A stretch of 64,000 nt of DNA from an uncultured delta proteobacterium (GCA_963706575.1 CAVPNL010000001.1:32001-96000); one strand, 5' to 3'; positions 43,530 to 57,166 are shown, numbered from the stretch's first letter. The notes: generated by a model not told the origin, from the letters alone. Translations and numbers: made by a program.

Positions 43530-43901
43530 ATGCCAACCATAAATCAACTCGTTCGTAAAGGCCGAAAGACAGCCAAAAGAAAAGTTACGACGCCGGCATT
43601 GAAGGGGGCACCCCAGAAGCGCGGTGTTTGCACCCGGGTGTATACATCAACCCCCAAAAAGCCCAATTCGGCCTTGCGGAAGGTGGCGCGTGTTAGATTG
43701 ACCACCGGGATTGAGGTCACTGCCTATATCCCCGGCATCGGCCATAACCTCCAGGAGCATTCGGTGGTTTTAGTGCGCGGGGGTCGGGTCAAGGACCTGC
43801 CTGGTGTTCGCTATCATATTGTTCGTGGCACCTTGGATACGCTTGGAGTTGAAGATCGCAAACAGAGCCGCTCCAAATATGGAGCCAAAAAGCCCAAATG
43901 A
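43530..43901 (+). CDS. rpsL: 30S ribosomal protein S12
   Basis: [33 protein letters not shown]. Confidence 0.99.
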   Translation: MPTINQLVRKGRKTAKRKVTTPALKGAPQKRGVCTRVYTSTPKKPNSALRKVARVRLTTGIEVTAYIPGIGHNLQEHSVVLVRGGRVKDLPGVRYHIVRGTLDTLGVEDRKQSRSKYGAKKPK

Positions 43902-43905
43902 TGAT

Positions 43906-43988
43906 AGTTACTGGTTATTGGTTAATCGTTATTCGGTTAGTAAGGAAAAAAATCCTTATTTCTCCAATAACCAATAACGAATAACAAT
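43906..43988. repeat. Heptamer-arm inverted repeat (GTTATTG / CAATAAC) between rpsL and rpsG
   Basis: gttactggttattggttaatcgttattcg ... caataaccaataacgaataac. Confidence 0.8.
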
Positions 43989-44002
43989 TTTCTGGAGAAT
44001 AA

Positions 44003-44473
44003 ATGCCTAGACGAAGAGAAGTGCCGGAGCGCGTCACTACCCCGGATTCAAAATATAACAGTGCACTGGTAGCCAAGTTTGTAAACTGTATTATGCGCGA
44101 TGGGAAAAAGAGTACCGCAGAAGCGACACTCTATAAGGCGCTCGATATCATGGGAGAAAAAACCAACGAACTTCCGCTGAAAATGTTTGAGCAGGCTGTG
44201 GATAATGTGCGCCCGTTAATAGAAGTAAAATCCCGACGCGTGGGAGGTTCAACGTATCAGGTCCCAACCGAAATACGACCATCCCGCAGAACCGCTTTAG
44301 GCATTCGATGGATTATTACCTATGCTCGCCAGCGGCCGGAAAAAGGTATGGCCAGTAAATTGGCTTCCGAGTTACTGGATGCAGCCAATAGAAGAGGCGC
44401 TTCCGTTAAGAAAAAGGAAGACACTCATAAAATGGCCGAAGCCAACAAGGCCTTTGCCCATTTTCGCTGGTAG
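44003..44473 (+). CDS. rpsG: 30S ribosomal protein S7
   Basis: [34 protein letters not shown]. Confidence 0.99.
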   Translation: MPRRREVPERVTTPDSKYNSALVAKFVNCIMRDGKKSTAEATLYKALDIMGEKTNELPLKMFEQAVDNVRPLIEVKSRRVGGSTYQVPTEIRPSRRTALGIRWIITYARQRPEKGMASKLASELLDAANRRGASVKKKEDTHKMAEANKAFAHFRW

Positions 44474-44574
44474 GCCAAAACCCAACTCACCACGGGCAAG
44501 TTGCATGGAAATGATATTCAATTGCGTTCGTCTGTGCGCGATGCCCATGCATGTTTAATTGGGAGGATGAAAAG

Positions 44575-45768
<1,194 letters not shown>

Positions 45769-45783
45769 CGGAAATATACGACA

Positions 45784-46095
45784 ATGATAACCAACACCAA
45801 GATAAGAATCAGACTCAAGGCTTACGACCATAAGTTGCTGGATCAGTCTGTATCCGATATCGTCGATACGGCAACAAAAACCGGTGCTAAAGTTGTTGGA
45901 CCGATACCGCTGCCTACGCGAATCAGTAAATATACGGTGCTGCGATCTCCACATATTGATAAAAAATCCCGTGAGCAGTTCGAAATTCGGACCCACAAGC
46001 GTCTCATGGATATCATGGAGCCCACCCAGCAGACAGTGGATGCCTTGATGAAATTAGACCTGTCACCGGGTGTCGATGTGGAGATTAAGCTATAG
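45784..46095 (+). CDS. rpsJ: 30S ribosomal protein S10
   Basis: [38 protein letters not shown]. Confidence 0.99.
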   Translation: MITNTKIRIRLKAYDHKLLDQSVSDIVDTATKTGAKVVGPIPLPTRISKYTVLRSPHIDKKSREQFEIRTHKRLMDIMEPTQQTVDALMKLDLSPGVDVEIKL

Positions 46096-46242
46096 TCCAG
46101 ACCTAATTAGGGATTCAGGTAAATAACGCAACGTTGAGCTGATGGTTTGCCCTGTATCCCTAATTTTTTGACTCTTTTGGCGCCGAATTCGTGGAATGAA
46201 GCATCAACCCCTTTTTTAGATATTGGACAAAAGGTTAGAGCG

Positions 46243-46887
46243 ATGTGCAAAGGATTGATGGGAAAAAAACTGGGAATGACCGGGCTGTTTTTGCCCGATG
46301 GTCAGTATGTTCCGGTCACCGTTATTGAAGCCGGCCCGTGTGTGGTTACCCAGATAAAAACTGCTGAAACGGACGGTTATAACGCCCTCCAACTGGGGTT
46401 TGGCAAGAAAAAGGAATCCCGCGTAAATAAACCGCTAAAAGGGCATTTTCTCAAAAGCGATTCCGGGGCTTTTGATTATATCAAAGAATTTGCGGTTGGC
46501 GACCCGGGCGCATACAGCCTGGGACAGCAAATTACGCTTGAAATGTTTAAAGTCGGAGAACGGGTAGATGTCGTCGGAACAACGAAAGGACGTGGTTTTG
46601 CGGGTGTAATCAAACGTCATGGGTTTCATGGTGGACGCAAAACGCATGGAAGTCACAGCCACCGCATACCCGGATCCGTCGGATGCAGTGCGTCTCCGGC
46701 AAAAATCGATAAAGGAAAAAAGATGCCGGGCCGCTATGGCAATGACCGTCAAACCATGCGGAATCTGGAAGTTGTCGATATCCGATCCGAAGATAACATC
46801 ATTTTGATCAAAGGTGCGGTACCGGGTTCAAAATCTGCGCTGGTTACGATCAATAAGCTTAGATTTAGTAAGGACGAAGCTTCATAA
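46243..46887 (+). CDS. rplC: 50S ribosomal protein L3
   Basis: GKKLGMT, DGYNALQLG, KGRGFAGVIKR. Confidence 0.97.
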   Translation: MCKGLMGKKLGMTGLFLPDGQYVPVTVIEAGPCVVTQIKTAETDGYNALQLGFGKKKESRVNKPLKGHFLKSDSGAFDYIKEFAVGDPGAYSLGQQITLEMFKVGERVDVVGTTKGRGFAGVIKRHGFHGGRKTHGSHSHRIPGSVGCSASPAKIDKGKKMPGRYGNDRQTMRNLEVVDIRSEDNIILIKGAVPGSKSALVTINKLRFSKDEAS

Positions 46888-46957
46888 ATTTACTTTTATA
46901 GTGCGGAATTGCGATTCAAAAATAATTTTGCCGCGATTCCCGCAAATGAGAAATGCT

Positions 46958-47581
46958 ATGCCGGTTATCGATGTTCAAAATACCAAAGGGAAAAAAGTTA
47001 CAACGGTCGATTTGGCCGAAAACATCTTCAATGTACCCGTCAAGCCCAGTGTGCTGCATGAGGTTGTCACTATGCAATTGGCCAATCGACGGGCTGCCAC
47101 CGCTACGGTGAAGCATCGCGGTGATGTGAAGGGCAGCACTCGTAAATTGTTTCGCCAAAAGGGCACGGGCAGGGCCCGGCGCGGGGATATTAAGTCGCCG
47201 CTGCTGAGGGGTGGCGGCGTTGTGTTTGGCCCCGATGGGCGGACCTACGCTTTCCGAGCGCCCAAAAAAGTTCGCAAGCTGGCGCTGAAGATGGCGTTAA
47301 GCAGCAAGCTGCAAGCCAAGGAAATCGTTGTGGTCGACAAATTTGAGCTCGAGCAGATTAAGACCAAAGATTTTGTTGATATTTTAAAAAACCTGAAGCA
47401 GACCAACACGCTTATTATCACCGATGTAAAAAATGAAAATCTGGAACGCTCATCAAGAAACGTACCCGATGTGAAGGTGCTTCGCCACGAAGGCTTGAAT
47501 GTTTACGATATCCTCAAATACAAGACGTTAATATTGCTGGAGCCGGCAATAAAGCGTATTGAGGGGAGGCTGGCCGCATGA
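46958..47581 (+). CDS. rplD: 50S ribosomal protein L4
   Basis: [19 protein letters not shown]. Confidence 0.97.
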   Translation: MPVIDVQNTKGKKVTTVDLAENIFNVPVKPSVLHEVVTMQLANRRAATATVKHRGDVKGSTRKLFRQKGTGRARRGDIKSPLLRGGGVVFGPDGRTYAFRAPKKVRKLALKMALSSKLQAKEIVVVDKFELEQIKTKDFVDILKNLKQTNTLIITDVKNENLERSSRNVPDVKVLRHEGLNVYDILKYKTLILLEPAIKRIEGRLAA

Positions 47582-47865
47582 TGCCATATGAGATAATCAA
47601 ACGACCATTGATCACTGAAAAAACAAGCATTCAAAAAGAGATTGCCAACCAGCTGACCTTTGAAGTCGACCGGCGCGCAAATCGCATCGAAATAAAGCAG
47701 GCGATCGAAACCGCTTTTAAAGTCAAGGTGGCCAAGATTCAAACCATGCAGGTCAGGGGTAAGGTTAAGCGCAGAGGGCGATTCGTCGGCAAGCGCCGGG
47801 ATTGGAAAAAAGCAATTGTTACCTTGATGCCCGGAGAACGCATCGAGTTCTTTGAAGGAGCTTAG
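47578..47865 (+). CDS. rplW: 50S ribosomal protein L23
   Basis: [14 protein letters not shown]. Confidence 0.97.
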   Translation: MMPYEIIKRPLITEKTSIQKEIANQLTFEVDRRANRIEIKQAIETAFKVKVAKIQTMQVRGKVKRRGRFVGKRRDWKKAIVTLMPGERIEFFEGA

Positions 47866-47887
47866 AAGCAACTTCTCTTAGGAGTAC

Positions 47888-48712
47888 ATGATGATTAACA
47901 AAAAGGTTAAACCGACTTCGCCAGGGAGGCGCTTTCAGACGTTTTCGTCATTTGAAGAGATCACCCGGACCACTCCGGAGAAACGGCTGCTCAAAGCGCT
48001 TAAAAAAACCGGCGGGCGAAATGCCCACGGGCGCATTACCCTCCGGCATCGGGGCGGCGGCCAAAAACGGCACTATCGGATCATCGACTTTAAGCGCGAT
48101 AAAACCGGTATTCCGGCCAAAGTGGCTGCCATTGAATATGATCCGAATCGTTCATCTCGGATTGCACTTTTACATTACGCTGATGGAGAAAAGCGTTACA
48201 TTTTGGCACCGGTTGGGCTTAAAGTCGCTGATATCGTAGAATCCGGACCTGATGCGGATATTAAACCCGGTAATAATTTGCCGTTGAGCAATATTCCGCT
48301 GGGCACACATATTCATAATATTGAATTACGCTTGGGCAAGGGTGGGCAGATTGTTCGCAGTGCCGGCACTTATGCCCAGTTGATGGCAAAAGAGGACGCC
48401 TACGCGCTGATTAAACTGCCTTCGGGCGAGGTGCGCATGGTGCTTTTAAAGTGCAAAGCCACGATCGGACAAATCGGAAATGTGGGCCATGAAAATAAAT
48501 CCCTGGGCAAAGCCGGCCGCAAACGCTGGCTCGGGCGTCGCCCAAAAGTTCGGGGAGTCGCCATGAATCCGGTTGACCATCCGATGGGAGGCGGTGAAGG
48601 AAGGTCTTCGGGCGGCCGGCATCCCTGCAGCCCATGGGGCTGGCCTACCAAAGGCTTCAAGACCCGGCCCAAGCGGAAAAGCAACCGCCTGATTGTAAAA
48701 AAACGCAAGTAA
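47888..48712 (+). CDS. rplB: 50S ribosomal protein L2
   Basis: [25 protein letters not shown]. Confidence 0.99.
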   Translation: MMINKKVKPTSPGRRFQTFSSFEEITRTTPEKRLLKALKKTGGRNAHGRITLRHRGGGQKRHYRIIDFKRDKTGIPAKVAAIEYDPNRSSRIALLHYADGEKRYILAPVGLKVADIVESGPDADIKPGNNLPLSNIPLGTHIHNIELRLGKGGQIVRSAGTYAQLMAKEDAYALIKLPSGEVRMVLLKCKATIGQIGNVGHENKSLGKAGRKRWLGRRPKVRGVAMNPVDHPMGGGEGRSSGGRHPCSPWGWPTKGFKTRPKRKSNRLIVKKRK

Positions 48713-48715
48713 GAA

Positions 48716-48809
48716 TTGTTAATCGTTATTTGTTATGAGTTATTTGTTTCCTGCCGATTTTATGAGCACTGCAAATATTTAATAACGAATAACCATTAAC
48801 GAATAACTA
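48716..48809. repeat. Heptamer-arm inverted repeat between rplB and rpsS
   Basis: gttaatcgttatttgttatgagttatttg ... aataacgaataaccattaacgaataac. Confidence 0.8.
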
Positions 48810-48824
48810 ATTTTTGGAGATTTT

Positions 48825-49103
48825 ATGCCACGTTCGCTGAAAAAAGGTCCTTATATTGAAGAAAGACTGCTTAAAAAAGTCGAGGAAGCCCAGGCATCCC
48901 GCAGCAGCCAGGTTATTAAGACCTGGTCGCGACGGTCGACCGTCGTTCCGGAGATGGTTGGTATAACATTGGCGGTCCATAACGGCCGAAAATTTATACC
49001 GGTGTTTGTTTCCGAAAACATGGTCGGTCATAAACTGGGGGAATTCTCACCCACACGGACTTTTTATGGGCATTCCGGAGATCGGAGATCACGCTTAAAA
49101 TAA
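48825..49103 (+). CDS. rpsS: 30S ribosomal protein S19
   Basis: [27 protein letters not shown]. Confidence 0.99.
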   Translation: MPRSLKKGPYIEERLLKKVEEAQASRSSQVIKTWSRRSTVVPEMVGITLAVHNGRKFIPVFVSENMVGHKLGEFSPTRTFYGHSGDRRSRLK

Positions 49104-49130
49104 GGGCGAATTGGGTTAAAACTCAATTGG

Positions 49131-49238
49131 AGTCATTCGTTATCCGTTATTAGTTAATAGTTTAAAAGGAATAACGGCGGGTTCTTACAGATACGACAAC
49201 TTCAAAGGCCAATAACGAATAACCAATAACAATTAACA
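49131..49238. repeat. Heptamer-arm inverted repeat between rpsS and rplV
   Basis: gtcattcgttatccgttattagttaatag ... caataacgaataaccaataacaattaac. Confidence 0.8.
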
Positions 49239-49250
49239 AGGTTTAGATCG

Positions 49251-49592
49251 ATGGAAGTTAAAGCGTCTGCAAAGTATATGCGAATTTCGCCCCGCAAAGT
49301 CCACAAATTGGTTGGGGCGGTCAAGGGCAAGCCGGTTGAAATTGCCCTGAATACACTTAAATTCATGCCACAGAAGGCAGCTGGAATTTTGGAAAAAGTA
49401 ATCCGTTCAGCAGTCGCCAATGCGGATCAAAATTCTGAAGTCGATATCGATCTGTTGGTTGTACGCAATGTGGTTGCAGATCAGGGTCCCACGCTGAAAC
49501 GATGGCGGGCCAGGGCGCGGGGCCGGGCAAGCCGAATTTTAAAGCGAACCAGTCATATTACTGTCATTTTGGACGAAGAATCTTCTGCTTAG
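49251..49592 (+). CDS. rplV: 50S ribosomal protein L22
   Basis: [20 protein letters not shown]. Confidence 0.98.
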   Translation: MEVKASAKYMRISPRKVHKLVGAVKGKPVEIALNTLKFMPQKAAGILEKVIRSAVANADQNSEVDIDLLVVRNVVADQGPTLKRWRARARGRASRILKRTSHITVILDEESSA

Positions 49593-49616
49593 CGTTTAAC
49601 ATAAGGAGGTAAAAGT

Positions 49617-50270
49617 TTGGGCCAGAAAGTAAATCCAATTGGATTGAGATTGGGAATTGTCAAAACGTGGGAATCCCGCTGGTACGGTGGTAAGAATTAC
49701 GCCGAATATATACTGGAAGACCACAAATTGAGGAAGTTCATTAAAGAAAAACTCTACCATGCGGGCGTGTCGCGAATTGAAATTGAACGCTCTTCCAAGC
49801 GAGTGCGTTTGCGGATTTATACCTCCAGGCCCGGGATTGTTATCGGTAAAAAAGGCTCCGAGATATCCCAGCTCAAAAAAGACATCGAAAAGATGACGGA
49901 TCGTGAAATTCTAATCGATATCCAGGAAGTCCGTAAGCCGGAGATCGATGCACAACTGGTTGCTGAAAATGTAGCGCTGCAGATTGAAAGACGCGTAGCG
50001 TTTCGCCGCGCGATGAAGCGCGGCGTTTCCTCTGCCATGCGCTTTGGTGCCCTGGGTGTGAAAATCATCTGCGCCGGCCGTCTGGGAGGCGCTGAGATGG
50101 CCCGAACTGAATGGTATCGCGAAGGTCGGGTGCCCTTGCATACCCTCAGGGCCGATATTGATTACGGATTTATCGAAGCGCGCACCACCTATGGTGCTAT
50201 TGGCGTTAAAGTTTTTATTTTCAAAGGAGAGATTTTGAAAAAGGATGAAGTGCAGTTTGGTCAGGCTTAA
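49617..50270 (+). CDS. rpsC: 30S ribosomal protein S3
   Basis: [37 protein letters not shown]. Confidence 0.99.
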   Translation: MGQKVNPIGLRLGIVKTWESRWYGGKNYAEYILEDHKLRKFIKEKLYHAGVSRIEIERSSKRVRLRIYTSRPGIVIGKKGSEISQLKKDIEKMTDREILIDIQEVRKPEIDAQLVAENVALQIERRVAFRRAMKRGVSSAMRFGALGVKIICAGRLGGAEMARTEWYREGRVPLHTLRADIDYGFIEARTTYGAIGVKVFIFKGEILKKDEVQFGQA

Positions 50271-50387
50271 TCCTCAATGCACTTTCAACCCTTTTTTAGG
50301 CAGTTAGATTTAAAAGCAAACCACAATTGTTGCGGGTTGCGAGCGAAAAAACGCGAAACTCGGAACGCGTAACAGGAGTCGTTGAAA

Positions 50388-50801
50388 ATGTTAAGTCCGA
50401 AAAAGGTAAAGTATCGCAAACAGCAAAAAGGCAAAATGAGGGGTATTGCGCGTCGTGGATGCCATCTGAATTTTGGAGAATTTGGATTACAGGCCATCGG
50501 GTGCGGCAGCGTTAGTGCCAAACAAATCGAGGCAGCGCGCATCGCTATGACCCGTCACATCAAGAGAGGCGGACGAATCTGGATTCGTATTTTTCCGGAC
50601 AAACCCTTTACTAAAAAACCGGCCGAAGTTCGAATGGGAAAGGGCAAAGGTGCTCCGGAAGGTTGGGTGGCGGTTATTCGCCCTGGCAGAATCCTGTATG
50701 AAATGCAGGGCGTCAGCAAAGAGGTGGCTAAAGAAGCATTTCGTCTGGCAGCGCATAAGCTTTCAGTTAAAACACGATTTGTTGAGAGGGGTGAGGCCTG
50801 A
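50388..50801 (+). CDS. rplP: 50S ribosomal protein L16
   Basis: [25 protein letters not shown]. Confidence 0.98.
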   Translation: MLSPKKVKYRKQQKGKMRGIARRGCHLNFGEFGLQAIGCGSVSAKQIEAARIAMTRHIKRGGRIWIRIFPDKPFTKKPAEVRMGKGKGAPEGWVAVIRPGRILYEMQGVSKEVAKEAFRLAAHKLSVKTRFVERGEA

Positions 50802-51010
50802 TGAAAGCCAGCGAAATTAGGGAAATGACCGTCGATGAAATGGAGCAGAAGCTCAGCGATCTCAAGGAACAATTATTTAATTTGAGCTTTCAGCATGAAA
50901 TCGGCCAGCTTGAAAATCCCCAACGGATGAAAGAGACAAAAAAGGATATTGCCCGGATAAAAACCATTATTCGTGAAGTTGAAGTGAAAAACAGAACTGC
51001 TGAAGAATAA
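50801..51010 (+). CDS. rpmC: 50S ribosomal protein L29
   Basis: [20 protein letters not shown]. Confidence 0.96.
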   Translation: MKASEIREMTVDEMEQKLSDLKEQLFNLSFQHEIGQLENPQRMKETKKDIARIKTIIREVEVKNRTAEE

Positions 51011-51018
51011 TTGATGTC

Positions 51019-51276
51019 ATGAAAAAACGAGAAATGAAAAGACAATTGGTAGGAACCGTCGTCAGTAACAAGATGGACAAAACGGTGGTAGTCGCCGTCG
51101 AGCGGCTGGTTAAGCACAAATTTTACCACAAGTATATCCGGCGTCGGACCAAGTTTGCAGCCCATGATCAAGGCAATGTGTGTCAGATTGGCGACCAGGT
51201 GATGCTTTCCGAGTCCCGGCCGCTTAGCCGGTCAAAAAGATGGCGCGTCAGCAAAATTGTCAAAAAAGCCGTTTAA
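51019..51276 (+). CDS. rpsQ: 30S ribosomal protein S17
   Basis: GTVVSNKMDKTVVV, ESRPLSRSKRW. Confidence 0.98.
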   Translation: MKKREMKRQLVGTVVSNKMDKTVVVAVERLVKHKFYHKYIRRRTKFAAHDQGNVCQIGDQVMLSESRPLSRSKRWRVSKIVKKAV

Positions 51277-51294
51277 TTTCAAGGGAACGAAAAC

Positions 51295-51663
51295 ATGATC
51301 CAGTCAGAGACGAGGCTAACCGTAGCCGATAATTCAGGGGCCAAGGTATTGTACTGCATCAAAGTTCTGGGAGGCTCCCGCAGAAGATATGCCAGTGTCG
51401 GTGATATTATCGTGGTGGCAGTTAAAGAAGCCTTACCGAATGCCAAGGTCAAAAAAGGCGACGTGTTGAAAGCGGTTGTGGTTCGAACCAAGAAAGAGAT
51501 TCGCCGGCCGGACGGTTCTTACATCCGATTTGATGATAATTCGGCCGTTCTGGTTAACGCATCGCGCGAACCGATCGGAACTCGAATTTTCGGTCCTGTA
51601 GCCAGGGAATTGCGAGCGAAACGGTTTATGAAAATTATTTCATTGGCACCCGAAGTTTTATAG
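51295..51663 (+). CDS. rplN: 50S ribosomal protein L14
   Basis: [30 protein letters not shown]. Confidence 0.99.
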   Translation: MIQSETRLTVADNSGAKVLYCIKVLGGSRRRYASVGDIIVVAVKEALPNAKVKKGDVLKAVVVRTKKEIRRPDGSYIRFDDNSAVLVNASREPIGTRIFGPVARELRAKRFMKIISLAPEVL

Positions 51664-51813
51664 TTATTAGTTATTCGTTATTAGTCATTTGTTCATTGCT
51701 CGTCTTGTTTTTATGTTATCTGGAAGAAACACATTGCCCTTTAAGCGGCAAAAAGACATCAACGCTGAATATTTCCATTCTAATAACGAATAACAATTAA
51801 CGAATAACGAATA
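51662..51813. repeat. Heptamer-arm inverted repeat between rplN and rplX
   Basis: tagttattagttattcgttattag ... taataacgaataacaattaacgaataacgaatac. Confidence 0.85.
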
Positions 51814-51827
51814 CAGGGAAATCGAAA

Positions 51828-52157
51828 ATGGCTCAAGCCAAGATACAGATAAAAAAAGACGATAAGGTCAAGGTTGTCGCCGGTAAGGACAAAGGCAAAA
51901 TAGGCAAAGTCCTAAAAGTTGACCGTAAAAAGAATCGATTGCTCATCGAAAAGATCAATCTGATCAAACATCATACGAAGCCCAGTGCAAAAAACAGGCA
52001 GGGAGGCATTGTGGAGGGTGAGGCGCCGGTAACCGTCTCCAACGTGATGATTATGTGCAACAAGTGCGTAAATCCCACCCGAATTAAAATGCAGCGCCTG
52101 GAAGATGGAAAAAAAGTACGTCTTTGCGTTAAGTGCGGCGAAGCAATAGATACTTAG
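51828..52157 (+). CDS. rplX: 50S ribosomal protein L24
   Basis: [27 protein letters not shown]. Confidence 0.97.
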   Translation: MAQAKIQIKKDDKVKVVAGKDKGKIGKVLKVDRKKNRLLIEKINLIKHHTKPSAKNRQGGIVEGEAPVTVSNVMIMCNKCVNPTRIKMQRLEDGKKVRLCVKCGEAIDT

Positions 52158-52179
52158 GCCAGACCGGCGGAGGAAGGCG

Positions 52180-52719
52180 ATGTCACAGTTAAAAAATATC
52201 TATGAAAAAGAAGTTGTGCCCAAGCTCATGGAAACCTTCAAGTACAAAAACATCATGCAGGTTCCTGCTTTGGATAAAATTATTCTCAATATGGGCCTGG
52301 GCGAAGCCATCCAAAATATAAAGGTTCTGGATTCCGCGGCAGAAGAGCTTAAGGCGATTGCCGGGCAAAAGCCGGTGATCACCCGCGCCAAAAAATCTAT
52401 TGCTGCCTTTAAACTTAGAGAGGGCATGCCGATCGGATGTATGGTTACACTGCGGCGCCAGCGGATGTATGATTTTTATTCCAAGCTGGTCAATATTGCA
52501 CTGGCCCGTGTCAGAGATTTTAGAGGCGTTAGCAAAAAAGCGTTTGACGGCCGGGGCAATTACTCTTTGGGGATAAAAGAGCATATTATTTTCCCGGAGA
52601 TAGATTATGACAAAATTGACAAAATTAAGGGTCTTAACATTAGCATCGTAACGACAGCCCGGACAGACGAAGAAGGAAGGCAGTTGTTGAGTCTGATGGG
52701 TATGCCGTTTAAAAATTAG
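52180..52719 (+). CDS. rplE: 50S ribosomal protein L5
   Basis: [35 protein letters not shown]. Confidence 0.99.
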   Translation: MSQLKNIYEKEVVPKLMETFKYKNIMQVPALDKIILNMGLGEAIQNIKVLDSAAEELKAIAGQKPVITRAKKSIAAFKLREGMPIGCMVTLRRQRMYDFYSKLVNIALARVRDFRGVSKKAFDGRGNYSLGIKEHIIFPEIDYDKIDKIKGLNISIVTTARTDEEGRQLLSLMGMPFKN

Positions 52720-52729
52720 GGAGGGAGAT

Positions 52730-52915
52730 TTGGCAAAAAAATCGCTCAGAATCAAAGCAATGCGAAAGCCCAAATTCAAGGTGCGACAATATAATCGGTG
52801 TCCGGTCTGTGGGCGGCCCAGAGCATATCTAAGAAAGTTTGGGCTTTGCCGTATTTGTTTTCGGGTATTTGCATCCGAGGGGAAATTGCCCGGAGTTGTC
52901 AAATCGAGTTGGTAG
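52730..52915 (+). CDS. rpsN: 30S ribosomal protein S14 type Z
   Basis: 61 aa, RCPVCGRP...LCRICFR, KSSW. Confidence 0.97.
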   Translation: MAKKSLRIKAMRKPKFKVRQYNRCPVCGRPRAYLRKFGLCRICFRVFASEGKLPGVVKSSW

Positions 52916-53080
52916 CTGGTCGCTGGCATCTGGTTGTTGGTTATTTGTAAGATAAAAAATTGAGCTGATTTATCGCATCGTATCATTGAGATAATCAGTT
53001 ATAAGAAGCCAAAATCGGTTACCAGATACAAGAGGCCAGGAACAAGAAGCAAGCAACAAGATACAAGATAACAAGATAAC
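52914..53080. repeat. Degenerate heptamer-arm inverted repeat between rpsN and rpsH
   Basis: agctggtcgctggcatctggttgttgg ... accagatacaagaggccaggaacaagaagcaagcaacaagatacaagataac. Confidence 0.6.
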
Positions 53081-53091
53081 AGGAGAAAATA

Positions 53092-53490
53092 ATGGCGGTA
53101 AGTGATCCAATAGCCGACATGTTGACCCGCATTCGAAATGGTGCCAAAGCCAGGTTTAACAGTGTTGATGTGCCGGGGTCAAAACTTAAAACCGAGATCG
53201 CCAAGATCTTAAAGAGTGAAGGTTTTATAAAAAATTACAAGTTCCTTAAAGATGGCAAACAGGGTATCTTAAGGATTTACCTCAAGTACGGTCCTGGCCA
53301 GTCTGCCGTGGTTTATGGCCTTAAACGCATCAGCAAACCCAGTTGTCGCGTTTACGTAAAAGGCAATGATATCAAACCCATTTTTAATGGTATGGGAATT
53401 TCAATCTTATCCACATCCAGGGGCCTTATGACAGATAAAAGAGCTCGGAAGGAAAATGTCGGAGGCGAGATCCTCTGCAATGTATGGTAG
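53092..53490 (+). CDS. rpsH: 30S ribosomal protein S8
   Basis: DPIADMLTRIRN, STSRGLMTD, GGEILCNVW. Confidence 0.98.
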   Translation: MAVSDPIADMLTRIRNGAKARFNSVDVPGSKLKTEIAKILKSEGFIKNYKFLKDGKQGILRIYLKYGPGQSAVVYGLKRISKPSCRVYVKGNDIKPIFNGMGISILSTSRGLMTDKRARKENVGGEILCNVW

Positions 53491-53581
53491 CTTTTTTAGT
53501 AAGCAGTAGGCAGCAGGTCAAGAAGTATGGGCATTCAGCCAAATATTAACTGCTTACTGCATGCTAATATGGGAGTAATAC

Positions 53582-54127
53582 ATGTCTCGAGTAGGAAAAA
53601 AACCGGTTCTGATTCCGGAAAAGACCAAAGTGTCGTTTGAAAACAGGGTGGTAACCGTTCAAGGCGAGAAGGGTACCCTCACGCAAGCGATTCATCCCGC
53701 TGTGGATTTAAAAATAGAAAACGGTGTCTTAAACGTGATGCCGTTCGAAGACAAACGGACGAGCCGGGCGATGCAGGGACTGATGAGAAGCTTAGTGGCC
53801 AATATGATTACCGGTGTCAACCAGGGCTTTGAACGCACACTGGTTATCGAAGGGATTGGCTACCGCGCCGAAACCAAAGGAAACGCCATTGTACTAAATG
53901 TGGGGTATTCAAATCCGGTTCAGTTCAATCTGCCGGAGGGTATCAGTGCGTCGGTTGATCGCAATACCATTATCAAATTATCCTGCATCGATAAGGAAAA
54001 ACTGGGTCGGACCGCTGCGGCGATCCGGAAAATACGGCCTCCGGAACCTTATAAAGGCAAGGGGATAAAATACGCTGAAGAACGAATTCGCAGAAAGGCC
54101 GGTAAAGCAGGAGTTACGGCGGCATAG
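53582..54127 (+). CDS. rplF: 50S ribosomal protein L6
   Basis: MSRVGKKP, RPPEPYKGKGIKY. Confidence 0.98.
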   Translation: MSRVGKKPVLIPEKTKVSFENRVVTVQGEKGTLTQAIHPAVDLKIENGVLNVMPFEDKRTSRAMQGLMRSLVANMITGVNQGFERTLVIEGIGYRAETKGNAIVLNVGYSNPVQFNLPEGISASVDRNTIIKLSCIDKEKLGRTAAAIRKIRPPEPYKGKGIKYAEERIRRKAGKAGVTAA

Positions 54128-54167
54128 CAGAGAATTTATTTAAACAGTCAAAAACGGGCATGAGGAA

Positions 54168-54536
54168 ATGGGAACGCTTAATTTAAGAACACAGGCACGG
54201 TTAAAACGTAAAAAAAGAATTCGTAAAAAACTGGTTGGTACCGCGAACCGGCCAAGGCTCTGTGTGTTTAGAAGTGCCAAACACATCTATGCACAGTTGG
54301 TTGACGATTCTCTGGGCCAAACACTTGCTGCAGCGTCGAGCATGGAAAAGGCCGTGCGGGAAGTTCCGGAAACAAAGAACAAGGTCACTGCGGCCAATAC
54401 GGTGGGTAAAATCATTGGCCAACGCGCTCTGGAAAAAGGCGTCAAACAGGTCGTATTTGACCGTAGTGGATTTCTGTATCACGGCAGGGTAAAGGCCGTT
54501 TCTGAAGGTGCCCGTGAGGCCGGCTTAAAATTTTAA
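54168..54536 (+). CDS. rplR: 50S ribosomal protein L18
   Basis: [22 protein letters not shown]. Confidence 0.98.
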   Translation: MGTLNLRTQARLKRKKRIRKKLVGTANRPRLCVFRSAKHIYAQLVDDSLGQTLAAASSMEKAVREVPETKNKVTAANTVGKIIGQRALEKGVKQVVFDRSGFLYHGRVKAVSEGAREAGLKF

Positions 54537-54580
54537 AATTCATTAATTGAAATTGAGCTTAGATGAAAAGGAGAAATTCT

Positions 54581-54653
54581 CTCGCCAAGGCGCAAAGATT
54601 TTTTATTATATCGAAAATAGATTTTTTCTTTGCGAGCTTTGCGGCTTTGCGTG
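54581..54653. repeat. Inverted repeat (CGCAAAG / CTTTGCG units) between rplR and rpsE
   Basis: ctcgccaaggcgcaaaga ... tctttgcgagctttgcggctttgcgtg. Confidence 0.7.
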
Positions 54654-54675
54654 CGAATGATAAGGAGGCAGGCTC

Positions 54676-55170
54676 TTGTTCAAACCAGAAATAGAGGAAA
54701 CTCAGTTAATTGACAAAGTGGTCCACATCAATCGAGTGGCCAAAGTGGTCAAAGGCGGCCGCCGCTTTAGTTTCAGCGCGATTGTTGTTGTCGGCGACGG
54801 TCAGGGATCGGTTGGATACGGTCTCGGCAAAGCTGGAGAAGTTCCCGAGGCCATTCGCAAAGGTGTCGAAAAAGCCAAAAAGAGTATGATCGCGGTCCCC
54901 TTGCAGGAAGGCACGATTCCCTATGAAACCATCGGTCGATTTGGAGCCGGCAGGGTTCTGCTTAAACCGGCGGCAGAGGGTACCGGCGTCATCGCTGGCG
55001 GTGCGGTTCGGGCGGTTCTTGAAGCCGTTGGCGTGCAAAACATTTTAACCAAATGCCTGGGGTCACACAACCCCCACAATTTAGTGAAGGCAACGATCAG
55101 CGGCCTCGAACGACTTGAGAGCCCTGAAATGGTGGCGAATAGACGCGGAATTTCTGTGGAAGATCTGTAG
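54676..55170 (+). CDS. rpsE: 30S ribosomal protein S5
   Basis: [24 protein letters not shown]. Confidence 0.98.
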   Translation: MFKPEIEETQLIDKVVHINRVAKVVKGGRRFSFSAIVVVGDGQGSVGYGLGKAGEVPEAIRKGVEKAKKSMIAVPLQEGTIPYETIGRFGAGRVLLKPAAEGTGVIAGGAVRAVLEAVGVQNILTKCLGSHNPHNLVKATISGLERLESPEMVANRRGISVEDL

Positions 55171-55228
55171 ATCCAGACCCTGAAGAATAAATGCAGCGAA
55201 GGAGCAGATCACAGAAAGGATGAGATAA

Positions 55229-55426
55229 ATGGCCGGAAGTGTAAAAGTAAAACTCATTCGAAGTATGATTGGCAGACCCGAAAAACATCGCAAGGTCTTG
55301 CGGGGGATGGGTCTAATCCGATTAAATAAAACGGTTGAGTTCAAAGATACCCCTGAAATCAGGGGGATGATTAATAAAGTATCCCATCTCGTTAGCACTG
55401 AGGAGAAGGTCGATGAAGCTTCATGA
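55229..55426 (+). CDS. rpmD: 50S ribosomal protein L30
   Basis: [20 protein letters not shown]. Confidence 0.97.
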   Translation: MAGSVKVKLIRSMIGRPEKHRKVLRGMGLIRLNKTVEFKDTPEIRGMINKVSHLVSTEEKVDEAS

Positions 55427-55853
55427 ACTATCGCCGCCTGCAAACTCTCGCAAATCCGGTAATCGGCTGGGCCGTGGTGTTGGGTCCGGCTGGGGCAAGA
55501 CCGCCGGTCGGGGTAACAAAGGGTATAACAGCCGATCCGGTGGCGGTGTCAGACCCGGTTATGAAGGCGGGCAGATGCCAATTCAACGGCGCCTTCCCAA
55601 GCGCGGCTTTACCAATATTTTTAGAAAAAAAATTGCTGTCGTAAATCTAAGGGATTTACTCGCATTTGAAAGCGGCAGCCTAGTGGATGAAGCGGCGCTT
55701 GTGAAAGCAGGACTCGTTAAAGGCCAAAAAGACGGCATCAAATTACTGGGACACGGAAAAATCCAGGTTGCCCTCAATGTCAAAGTCAATCAGGTCAGCA
55801 AAAGTGCCCGGGAAAAGATTGAGGCCGCGGGCGGCAGCGTAGAGGTCGTATAA
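55413..55853 (+). CDS. rplO: 50S ribosomal protein L15
   Basis: [29 protein letters not shown]. Confidence 0.98.
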   Translation: MKLHELSPPANSRKSGNRLGRGVGSGWGKTAGRGNKGYNSRSGGGVRPGYEGGQMPIQRRLPKRGFTNIFRKKIAVVNLRDLLAFESGSLVDEAALVKAGLVKGQKDGIKLLGHGKIQVALNVKVNQVSKSAREKIEAAGGSVEVV

Positions 55854-57166
55854 TGATCGGTAGCGGGTTCCAAAATATCTTTAAAATACCCGAGCTAAAA
55901 AAGCGCATTCTGTTCACCCTGGGTTTACTCATCGTTTATCGGATAGGGGTCCATGTTCCGGTTCCGGGTATCGATTCCGGTGCACTGGCATCCTTTTTTG
56001 CCAGGGCGGAAGGCACCATATTCGGAATTTTTAATATGTTTTCAGGCGGCGCGCTGGAACGGCTGTCTGTTTTTGCTCTGGGGATCATGCCCTATATCAG
56101 TGCCTCAATTATTTTGCAGCTTTTAACTGTCGTCATACCGCATCTGGAACAGCTAAAAAAAGAAGGCGAGCAGGGGCGCAAAAAAATAACGCAGTATACC
56201 CGCTACGGCACCGTTTTTTTAAGTATTGTTCAAGGTTTTGGTATCAGTGTGGGTCTGGAAAGCATGAGCTCGCCCGGCGGGGCGCCGGTGGTCCTGATTC
56301 CGGGGTGGGCCTTCAGGCTGATGACGGTGATTACCTTAACGGCCGGTACGGCCTTTATCATGTGGCTCGGGGAGCAGATTACCGAACGCGGAATCGGCAA
56401 TGGTATTTCTTTGATCATTTTTGCCGGCATCGTTGCGCGGCTACCGACCGCCGGCGCCAATACATTTCGGTTGTTGTCAAGCGGAGAAATGGGGGTATTT
56501 ATTGCCCTGATTTTAATCATTTTTATGGTGCTGGTTGTTGGTTTCATTATTTTTGTCGAACAGGGGCAACGCCGCATACCGGTCCAATATGCCAAACGTG
56601 TGGTGGGGCGCAAAATGTATGGGGGGCAGAGCACCCATCTGCCGTTGAAAATCAATACGTCCGGTGTGATTCCACCGATTTTTGCTTCATCGATCATTAT
56701 GTTTCCGGCCACCATCGCCAATTTTATCAATATTCCCTGGATAAAATCGATTGGCGAAGCCATGCGGCCGGGTAATGTTGTTTATGAATTGCTGTTTGTG
56801 GGATTTATTTTCTTTTTCTGTTACTTTTATACGGCGGTCACCTTTAACCCGGTTGACGTGGCCGAAAACATGAAAAAACAGGGTGGTTACATTCCCGGCA
56901 TCCGGCCCGGCAAACGCACGGCCGATTATATTGATAAGGTGCTGACACGCATCACGCTGGGGGGCGCAATTTACGTTTCAATGGTTTGTGTCATGCCTTC
57001 TATTTTGATCACCCGGTTTAATGTTCCGTTTTATTTCGGCGGTACGGCATTGCTGATTGTCGTCGGTGTGGCGATTGATACGGTTGCGCAGATCGAGTCG
57101 CATATGCTGAGCCGCCACTATGAGGGGTTTCTAAAACAGGGCGGTGCGCGTTTAAAGGGCCGCTAA
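55853..57166 (+). CDS. secY: Preprotein translocase subunit SecY
   Basis: [44 protein letters not shown]. Confidence 0.99.
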   Translation: MIGSGFQNIFKIPELKKRILFTLGLLIVYRIGVHVPVPGIDSGALASFFARAEGTIFGIFNMFSGGALERLSVFALGIMPYISASIILQLLTVVIPHLEQLKKEGEQGRKKITQYTRYGTVFLSIVQGFGISVGLESMSSPGGAPVVLIPGWAFRLMTVITLTAGTAFIMWLGEQITERGIGNGISLIIFAGIVARLPTAGANTFRLLSSGEMGVFIALILIIFMVLVVGFIIFVEQGQRRIPVQYAKRVVGRKMYGGQSTHLPLKINTSGVIPPIFASSIIMFPATIANFINIPWIKSIGEAMRPGNVVYELLFVGFIFFFCYFYTAVTFNPVDVAENMKKQGGYIPGIRPGKRTADYIDKVLTRITLGGAIYVSMVCVMPSILITRFNVPFYFGGTALLIVVGVAIDTVAQIESHMLSRHYEGFLKQGGARLKGR